Shown here one piece after another: positions 54,790-64,000 of a stretch of 64,000 nt of DNA (positions are counted from its first letter, which is position 1; each line of letters begins with the position of its first letter). The notes under the pieces were generated by a model. That model was given only the letters and a program-made list of their open reading frames with translations, searched no databases and had not been told where the DNA came from. Position numbers and translations under genes: made by a program. This stretch comes from Octopus sinensis (taxonomy: Eukaryota): the NCBI RefSeq assembly GCF_006345805.1, contig NC_043010.1, positions 15,934,001 to 15,998,000 on the forward strand. Direction: 5' to 3'.

Positions 54790-55125
54790 GTGCGGCTTAG
54801 TGGTTAGAGCGTAGAGCTTTCGATTGTGAGGTGGTGAGTTCGATTCACGGACCGGGCTGTGTGTTGTGTTCTTGAGCAAGACACTTTATTTCACGTTGTT
54901 CCAGTTCACTCAACTGTAAAAACGTGTTGCGACATCACTGGTGCCAAGCTGTATTGGCCCCTTTGCCTTTCCCTTGGATAGCATTAATATGTGTGGAGAA
55001 AGGAGGCCGGAATGCATGGGCGACTGCTGGCCTTTAAAAAACAACCTTGCCCGGACTTGTGCCTGGGAGGGTAACTTTCTAGGTGCAATCCCATGGTCAT
55101 TCATGACCGAAGGGGGTCTCCTCCC
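54790..55125 (+). mobile_element. tRNA-headed SINE with head similar to family 5 and a different 3' part
   Basis: GGCTTAGTGGTTAG...GTTCGATTC; TTGAGCAAGACACTTTA core. Confidence 0.75.
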
Positions 55126-55495
55126 TATAACAATATTATGTATAGAGAAAAATCATATCTTTATTTTAGATCACACCTTAAAAATCGAACAATTGTTTCA
55201 ATTGCATTAGCATATATATATTCATACACACACACACACACACATATAAATAATATTAAAATTAATATGTATGAAAATTTATGTCAACATTATCAATGTA
55301 ATCCAAATTGGTGAAATTTTAACTGAACATCTAAAAAAATTTCAGCTGTTAAAAAACGCTAACAAAAAGAAACGCCAAACCAGATTTAGCATTAGGGTGA
55401 CGTCATTGAACAACTATTTTAGTTTATGAAAATAAAATATAAAAAAATACCATCTTTTTTGACAATTTGAAATCTGCAGAAAAAGAAATCTAACG

Positions 55496-55872
55496 TAGGC
55501 GCAGGAGTGGCTGTGTGGTAAGTAGCTTGTTTACCAACCACATGGTTCCGGGTTCAGTCCCACCGCGTGGCACCTTGGGCAAGTGTCTTCTACTATAGCC
55601 TCGGGCCGACCAAAGCCTTGTGAGTGGATTTGGTAGACGGAAACTGAAAGAAGCCCATCGTATATATGTTTGTGTGTCTCTTTGTTTGTCCCCCTAGCAT
55701 TGCTTGACAACCGATGCTGGTGTTTACGTCCCTGTTACTTAGCGGTTCGACAAAAGAGGCCGATAGAATAAGTACTGGGCTTACAAAAGAATAAGTCCTG
55801 GGGTCGAGTTGCTCAATTAAAGTCGGTGGTTCAGCATGGCCGCAGTCAAATGACTGAAACAAGTAAAAGAGT
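55496..55872 (+). mobile_element. SINE family 1
   Basis: Full length. Confidence 0.88.
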
Positions 55873-55899
55873 ATATATATATATATATATATATATATA

Positions 55900-57190
55900 C
55901 TAGCAGAGATACCCGGTGTTGCCCATGTTATATGCAATTGAATTAAACTTTTCTGTAATGAACTAGAATATCTATGTTTCGAATCTCATCAAAATTGCAG
56001 ATGAGGGTTATTTCCCTCTTTACACACCCTAAAAAAATTGTAATCATGCCACATGTATCCCATAGTACTGATTTTTATGCGCATATTCCAAAATTCCTGT
56101 CTTATAGAACCTGTTAAAAAGATTTTGCTCCTGAAAAATGAAGGTCATAGAGCTCTAAAATGTGGGAGTTAAGGCCCCTGTTGGGGGTGGGTGTCTTAAT
56201 ATCAACCAGAGAAGTTGAATTGTTGAGAATCTTTTTAACTTTGGTCTTATATCTATTGTTTGAATTTCTTTGAAATAGGAAATATATGTATGTTCACTAG
56301 GTTTGTAAAAGAGAGCAAAGCTACAGGAAACGAAAAGACGAATTATCACAATAAGCAGTCAGCTACCCTACCTTAGTCGTTACCACTCCCAATGTAGGAT
56401 TCCTCACCATCTAGGTGACAGGCACAGCCGTAAGATGCATTATGAATCTATAGCAATTGGAAGGGCGTGACCCAACTGAAATAAACATTAACAACTGTGT
56501 GATGTGAGGGCTAAGGAGAAATGAAAGTGTCACCTCTGGAGTTTGCAAATGACCACTATACTGATACGTAACTGGACAGAATAAATTTACAATGTATAGA
56601 TGTCTTTGAATAACCAGTCACTCACCTGGGAAGGCCTTGAAATTAATGTTACCATCTGGGGACTGTGTGACCCAGTGATAATAAAATGATTGAAAGGAGG
56701 TCTGCAAACAAATAACTTTACTCAACACTTTGCAACTGAATCAGTGGAGGCAAAGATGCCTCTCATTTACTTGACAATTTATGCAGCACATTGCAGAAAT
56801 CACAATCTAAGTGTATGTCAAAGCAAACTCTTACACTGTTGTACCATTGAATTACAAATAATGCTCATCTTTTATGCTTGGGTAACCCTACAGCTTCCAA
56901 GAGCACAACTGTATTCGTTTTTGCTTAGATAAAATGACAAAATTGTGGGTGTTAAGTCCCCATGGAGGGGTCTTTCTAACTTGTAAGAAGATGAAATGTT
57001 ATAAATATTACTTCATTTGTGTCTAATATCTATGGTTAAAATTTCATCAACAGCAAAAATATATGAATTATCATGGGGGTTATTGCCCTTATGCATAGAA
57101 TATAATTTCCAAATTTCGTTAAGATCCATTTAGTAGTTTTGGATTATAAAAGAAATGACTAAAATTTGGGAGTTAAGACCCCCTTTAGGG
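55900..57190 (-). mobile_element. Degraded Helitron-like element (3' end at 55900)
   Basis: CTAG|T and hairpin remnant (ACCCGGTGTTGCCC) shared with 16839-16879; three copies of an AAAATKTGGG-GTTAAG-CCCC motif (about 56157, 56939, 57160); 5' end not defined. Confidence 0.45.
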
Positions 57191-57196
57191 TGTTAC

Positions 57197-57790
57197 ACAC
57201 ACATACAAAGATAAATTGATAGATACAACTGAGTGGGCAAACAAAAATATGAAATACAGCCTAGTGCTTTTTTTTATGTTGATAAGCCTGACTACTTATT
57301 CTGTTGGTTTGTACTTGTGAAAGCAGTAAGTTATGGGGATGTAAATAAATGAACAGCAGTTGTGAAGCAGTGATGAGGGCGAAACAGAGACAAAGACATA
57401 CATACACTTACATATATACATACATATATATACGATTGATTTGTTTCAGTTCCTGTCTACGAAATCCATATATATATATATTTTCGTGTGTGTGTGTATA
57501 CATACATATATATATATAGATATATATACACACGCACATACACACACAAAGATAAATTGATAGATACAACTGAGTGGGCAAACAATAATATGAGACACTG
57601 CCTAGTGCTTTTTTTATTTTGATAAGCCTGGTACTTATTCTATCAGTTTCTTGTAAAACCAGTAAGTTATTGGGATGTAAATAAACGAACAGCAGTGATG
57701 AGGGAGAAACAGAAAGACACATACATAGACTTACATATATACATACACATATATACAATTGATTTCTTTCAGTTTCTGTCTACAAAATCC
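57197..57790 (+). repeat. Old tandem duplication of about 270 bp
   Basis: About 57197-57468 vs 57540-57790, both start after (CA)n with CAAAGATAAATTGATAGATACAACTGAGTGGGCAAAC. Confidence 0.85.
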
Positions 57791-58496
57791 ACTGACAAGG
57801 CTTTGGTTGGTCTGAGGCTATAGCAGAAGACACATACCAAGTTACCACACAGTGGGACTGAACTGAGGACCATGTGTTTTGAAACCAAGTGTTTTACCAC
57901 ACAGCCACACCTGCACTGATGTATGTATGTGTGTGGGTGGGTGTGTATATGTATACATGTATATGTGTACATATTACATGTACATCTATATATATACATC
58001 TACACATACATGTATACATATATATATTCATATATAAACTTACTAAAAAGGTCTAATGATTAAAGTTTTTCCCAAAGTTATAGTCACAGGATACAATGCA
58101 GCCAGCAGTGGTGAGTTTAGGTCATTATTACCCAGCTGAACTCCAACAACTCAAGATCATTAATGAGGGTTTAGGGGGGATTCATCTTGGGGAGTGGGGA
58201 GGGTTTTTATGCTTAGTGCATGTGTATGGGATTTGTTTTTGAAAGTTTTTAGATATTAGGTGAAATTTCAAAACCGACAGGCAAGTGTCACCAATTACTA
58301 CTTGCGTACAGTTGAGAGTCCCAGATGAACCTACCTCACGGCAAGAGGTGCAAATGAGGGTAGCCATATCAAACACCATTCTTCACCAAGTGCCACACAT
58401 TATAGGAGGCTCTTAGTAATAACAGTGTAGCAACACGGCGGTGCATCAGCATGGCCACAGCTCTGAGCTGAAACTGGAGAGAAAAGAAAAATATTC

Positions 58497-58726
58497 ATAT
58501 ATATATATATAATATACTTATATATATTTATATATATAGATATATATATTCATATACATATATATATATATATTCGTATATATACATATATATATTCATA
58601 TACATATATATATTCATATATATTTATATATATATTCAAATATATATTCATATATATTTATATATATATTCAAATATATATTCATATATACATATATTTA
58701 TATATATACACATATATATATATATA
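58497..58726. repeat. (TA)n-rich tract
   Basis: Directly visible. Confidence 0.9.
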
Positions 58727-58896
58727 AAGTTAATCCAAACAAGAAAACACAACAACGTGATGACGTGGAACAAATATAGTATTATTGGACGCTCAGGAAA
58801 GAAGGAGGGTTTAACGTTTTGAGCGGAGCTCTTCGTCAGAAACATGGGAGAAGGGAAGACAGAGGAAACAAAATCGCCAACGGTACACATGAGGTC
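58727..58896 (-). mobile_element. 170-bp microsatellite-embedded element with minimal hammerhead motif
   Basis: Between (TA)n and (CA)n(TA)n; related to 51051-51243. Confidence 0.6.
58809..58843 (-). ncRNA. Minimal type I hammerhead ribozyme-like motif (G12A, probably inactive)
   Basis: GTTT CTGACGA A GAGC-TCC-GCTC AAAA CG TT AAAC. Confidence 0.65.
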
Positions 58897-58900
58897 ACAT

Positions 58901-58940
<40 letters not shown>

Positions 58941-58954
58941 TCATATATATTCAT

Positions 58955-60922
58955 AGTGCCAAACAACCAAAACGGAAACCCCAACCCACCAAACAAACAA
59001 CAGAAAACCCCATGGAGGATGCAATGCCATCTAAAACCCTACAGGAAAGATGAAATCTAGAAGGCACCCAAGAACCTGCAAATTTTACCTGCAAGGCAAA
59101 TGTTGGCATGGGGAGGACGGCAAAAACTGCCAGTTTGCCCACCCGACCCCCCTCCAGAACTACAGGGGCCTTAAAGAGAAAAACTTCCCCGAGGAAAGAC
59201 AACAAATGTCTCCAAGGAAAAAAATCACAAAAGAAGTGTGCTCATCAGATGTTATGCGCAACGCAGCAGCTGAGCAAGTCTTTTTGTACTTGGTGCAAAA
59301 GATTGTGCAGCAGCTGACCTGGCTACACCAAGCGCAAACAAGGAACCTTGCCCACCGCTATGCAAGACCACCACAGTCAACAGACACTGGATGGTCTCCC
59401 CTAACACCTGCTCAGTCGTCAACCCAATACTTTTACTAAATATTGGGGGCCTGTTGCATCATAATAAAAACAAAATTTCTTTCCTGAGAGATCTTACCGC
59501 ATGCAATCAAGCCCTATGCATAGCACTCGTGGAAACTCACCTCAGCCCTGATATAGAGGACGCAGACGTCCACGTACCAAACTATGCCATACTGCAAACA
59601 GACAGAAAGGAAAGGAACCATGGTGGAGTTGCTGTATACATTCGTGATGACCTCACACCCCAGGTCTTACTGTCATACTCAAATTCGATATATGACATTC
59701 TAATTGTATATATAAGACAACATAATATAGTCATATGCAATACATATTGCCCACCGGATGATCCAAACCACATAGGCAAGTTTAAAGGTTGCCTCACAAG
59801 AATTAAAGAAATCCTCATGAATCTGGAACACCACGTAACCATATTTCTTATGGGTGACTTCAACTTCCTCAACGTCAAATGGCCCGAAGGTCTCATACTC
59901 TCAGGAATGAATCATTGCAAGCATAGGTGGAGTCCCTGCTCAACCTCACCAATGCCCTATTCATGGAGCAAGCTGTACTCAGACTGACTAGGGCGAATAA
60001 CATTCTGGATCTCTGCTTCACGAACAATATGGACATCATTCATGATGTGAAAGTGACACCGACATTAGTCTCGGATCACAACATAATAGAGCTGTCCATG
60101 TTTGGGCCGAAAGTAACCAGAGACATGAAGCCTAAAGAAAGCACCCGAAATCTCTCCAATCTGAACTTCCACAAAGCAGATTGGAAATCGATCCAAAAAG
60201 AGATCCTCAGAGAGGACTGGCCGAAATGTCTCTCCACACCAGACATTGACATGAAACTAGAATGTTTCATGTCTTCTGTGCAAGCCATATGCCAGAAATA
60301 TGTCCCAGAGCACAAGGTCAATACAAATAGGAACAAGATTCCAAAGGAGAGGAAGATCCTCATGAGACGACGGACGAAGGTTGCAAATCGACTCAACCAA
60401 CATCCCAAAAGTAGCGAAACGTCCCGCCTAAAAGCAACACTGATGGAATACGAAAAAAGGCTGCAACAATCCTATGTGAGGGAGAAAGCAGACTAAGAAG
60501 CCTGGGTTATAAAAAGCATTAAGTCAAACCCAAAGGCCTTCTTTCATTACGGTAACGAAACAGCCTCAGTATACTGCAAGATAGGACCCCTCTTCCAAAA
60601 CGATGGCTCCCTCACAGAGTCCAAGTAAGATCAGTGAGGCACTGAATGACCAGTTCAAAAGTGTCTTTACCACCCCGTTGGAACACAGATAAGTGAACGA
60701 ACCAGTTACAATGGAATACATTGACATTAGCGAAGAAGATATACTACTAGCCATAGATGAAGTGGGCACAAACTCAATTGCTGGTCTTGATGGTTTCCCA
60801 GCAATCCTCCTCAAATTGTGTAAGCGTGCCCTGGCAAAACCCCCCCAGATTCTCTTCCAGAGCTTTCTTGCAAATGGCAGAGTGCCAAGCAAGTTGAGGG
60901 AATAATATGCCCAATACATAAA
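58955..60922 (+). mobile_element. CR1-group LINE 5' half: CCCH-finger ORF, AP endonuclease and linker
   Basis: CKFYLQGKCWHGEDGKNCQFAHP; LLLNIGGL, IALVETHL, GGVAVYI, GDFNF, ILDLCFTN, SDHNII; ends ...ICPIHK. Confidence 0.88.
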
Positions 60923-61106
60923 TTGAGTCCAACTCCTGCTGCAGGTGTGCAACATCGCTGGGGTTCTGTATTTTCTGTGAGACTTTCGTATCATCTTCAT
61001 AGCTTGCAAGGGTGGCTATCCGGGCATTTGATGGCATATCTGAGAGGGCCACTATAAAAAACGGTGGTCCCAAGACAGTGCCCTGTGGAACACCGCTCAC
61101 TATTTG
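60918..61106 (-). mobile_element. Inverted CR1 reverse-transcriptase core fragment
   Basis: [14 protein letters not shown]...SYEDDTKV...LQQELDSIY on - strand. Confidence 0.88.
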
Positions 61107-63892
61107 TTGAATAACACAACTGCAAACGACAAGGTCCTGATCCTTGGCGACTTCAACGCAAGAGTTGGGAGGGACTCGGAGGCTTGGAAAGGAGTCCTTG
61201 GAAGACACGGCATTGGTGGCTGTAATGACAACGGGCACCTCCTGCTCGAGTTCTGCACAGAGCACCAACTTGCTATTACGAACACAATCTTCCAACAGAA
61301 AGACCGTCTGAAAACAACTTGGATGCATCCCCGGTCCAAACATTGGCATCTACTTGATTATGTGCTTGTGCGCCGGCGGGACCTGAAAGACGTTCTACAT
61401 ACAAGAGTGATGCTCAGTGCAGAGTGCCACACCGACCATCGCCTTGTCCGCTGCAAGCACAAACTGCAGTTCAAACACAATCCCAAGAAGAAAGGTAACC
61501 CCGTAAAGAAACTCAATGTCGACAGCTTGTGCCGGGAGGAAGTAAAAATCAAGTTCCAAGCAAACCTGCAGCAAAGACTAGACGAATCCCCCTGCACTGA
61601 AGACACCACCCCAGACACCTTGTGGGAGAACATGAAATCAGTCATCATTAAGACATCTATCGAAGTTCTCGGGCACACAAAGAAGAAAAACAAGGACTGG
61701 TTCGATGAAAATGACAAGGAGATCCAGGAATTACTAGCAAGGAAGAGAGCAGCTCATCAGGCCGACGTCGCACAACCAGTCTGTCCTGTAAAGAAAACTA
61801 CCTTTCGACGCGCATGCAGCACCCTACAGCGAAAACTCAGAGAAATGCAGAACGAGTGGTGGGACGACCTGGCGTGGAGAACACAGCTGTGCGCTGACCT
61901 CGGAGACTATAGAAGCTTCTATTAGGCTCTGAAAGCAGTGTATGGCCCCACCCACCAGGTCCAGCGTCCCATGCGCAGTTCAGATGGACAGGACCTCCTC
62001 ACCGATAACACCTCCATCCTCGCTCGCTGGTCCGAGCACTTCCAAAAGCCTCTACAGTGCCAACCGTACCGTACAGGACGTTGCCATTCTTCGCATTCCT
62101 CAACTTCCAGTCAAAGAGGAGCTCAACGAACCACCCACCCTCGAAGAAACGATTGAAGCCATAGGACAACTCAATTGTTGCAAAGCAGCAGGAGTTTACG
62201 GCATCCCACCAGAAATCTGGAAGAATGGAGGTCCGATGCTGCATGACAACCTCCATGATTTTCTTGTCTACTGCTGGGAGCAGAGCAGGATCTTCGCGAC
62301 GCCGTCATCATAACCCTGTACAAGAACAAGGGTGAAAAGTCTGACTGCTCCAACTACCGGGGAATCACCCTACTCTCCATCGCCGGCAAAGTACATTCCA
62401 GGATCCTACCCAATAAGCTAGTACCAACCATCGCTGAAGAAAACCTCCCCGAGAGCCAGTGTGGCTTCACAGCCAACAGAGGCACAACGGATATGGTGTT
62501 CGTCCTCCGCCAACTCTAGGAGAAGTGCCGAGAACAAAACAGGGGACTCTATGCTACTTTTGTCGACCTCACAAAAGCATTTGGCACAGTGAGCAGGACA
62601 GGACTATGGCTAATCGTGGAACGACTTGGCTGTCCCACCAAGTTTCTACAGATGGTGATCCAGCTGCACGAGAATCAGCGTGGTCAGATCAGACTCAATG
62701 GTGATCTGTCGGAGCCCTTCCCCATCTCCAACGGCGTGAAGCAGGGTTGTGTCGTGCCACCGACTCTCTTCAGTATCTTCTTGAGCATGATGATCAAGCA
62801 TGAGGATGAGGATGGGGGTGTATGTTAGGTATCATCTGGATGGCAGCCTCTTCAATCTACGGCACCTCCAAGACCTAGGAGAGGCTGATCCGAGACCTTT
62901 TCTTCGCAGACGATGCTGTCTTTGTCGCCCACACAGAGCGAGCTCTGCAGCGCATCACGTCCTGCTTTGCAGACGCCTCGCGGCTCTTTGGCCTGGAGGT
63001 CAGCCTCAAGAAGACGGAGGTACTTCACCAACCTACACCCCAAGAGGATTACCGCCCACCCTACATCACTATCTGCGGTACCGAACTGAAATCAACTCAG
63101 CAGTTTACATACCTGGGCTGCATCATCTCATTCGATGCAAGGATCGACAAAGAAATTGAAAATAGACTCTCTAAGGTAAATAGGTCCTTTGGCAGATTGT
63201 ACAAACGTGTTTGGCACAATAATAACCTGAAGAACAAAACAAAGATCAGAGTCTACAGGGCCGAGGTTCTCACCACTCTTCTCTATGGCTCAGAGACCTG
63301 GATCACTTACCGCAGTCACATCCGTCTCCTTGAGCGCTTCCACCAACGATGTATCCGCACCATCCTCAACATACACGGGTGTGACTTCGTCACAAACATT
63401 AAAGTCTTGGAGCGGGCCGAGATCCCCAGCATTGAAGCCATGCTACTGAAGTCCCACCTCCGTTGGGCAGGGCATGTCTCCAGAATGGAGAACCATCGCC
63501 TTGTTAAGATTGCCCTGTTTGGCGAACTCTCCACCGGCCACCAAGTGAGAGGAGCTCCGAGGAAGCGCTACAAAGACTGCATCAAGAAGTCGCTAACAAT
63601 ATGCCATATTAACCACCAATGCTGGTCGGTCAGACCTGGCTGCGGACCGTGATATCTGGTGCCACACGATCTTCAACGCAGTCAGCAAGTTTGAGGAACA
63701 AAGAAGAAACGCACTTAAAGACAAGAGACGCAGGAGGAAGGCGCGAGCCGCCTCTGACACCACACTGGATGTTACCTTCGTCTGTGGACACTGCTCACGG
63801 ACCTGCCTTTCCCATATCGGACTTGTCAGTCATGAGCGTGCATGCACGCGACGTGGACAGCCTTCCTGATCTTCGTTCGCGAAGCCGAGCCA

Positions 63893-63896
<4 letters not shown>
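61107..63896 (+). mobile_element. 5'-truncated RTE (BovB-like) LINE, about 2.8 kb, pseudogenised
   Basis: [55 protein letters not shown], terminal CGHCSRTCLSHIGLVSHERAC*; stops, frameshifts and small deletions. Confidence 0.93.
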
Positions 63897-63944
<48 letters not shown>

Positions 63945-64000
63945 GAATATATATATATGAATATATATATGAGTACACACACACACACACACACACACAC
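63895..64000. repeat. (TA)n/(CA)n tract after the RTE tail
   Basis: Directly visible. Confidence 0.9.

Overview
Eukaryotic, AT-rich, repeat-dense genomic DNA. The SINE families, piggyBac MITEs and (TA)n load look like an octopod cephalopod, which is an inference from repeat content. Positions 919-42286 (+) hold the last 20 coding exons of cohesin subunit SMC3 (2316 nt, 771 codons plus TGA, frame continuous across all junctions). They cover the hinge, second coiled-coil arm and C-terminal ABC-ATPase head; the 5' part of the gene lies upstream of the window. One intron (10849-12461) is a minor-spliceosome AT-AC intron enclosed by an in-frame GT-AG alternative (possible twintron). Introns and the downstream 22 kb are filled with SINEs, a 420-bp TIR MITE carrying telomeric/G4 repeats that always sits next to exons, piggyBac MITEs and a deleted parent, Tigger/mariner/Helitron remnants, and RTE, CR1 and R4-like LINE fragments. 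Downstream are two very long (TA)n arrays, short (TA)n-embedded elements carrying minimal hammerhead-ribozyme motifs, and a CR1 (CCCH-finger ORF, internal inversion) abutting a 2.8-kb RTE. Exon and splice coordinates were read base by base; repeat boundaries are approximate (tens of bp) and family names come from recalled motifs, not database searches.
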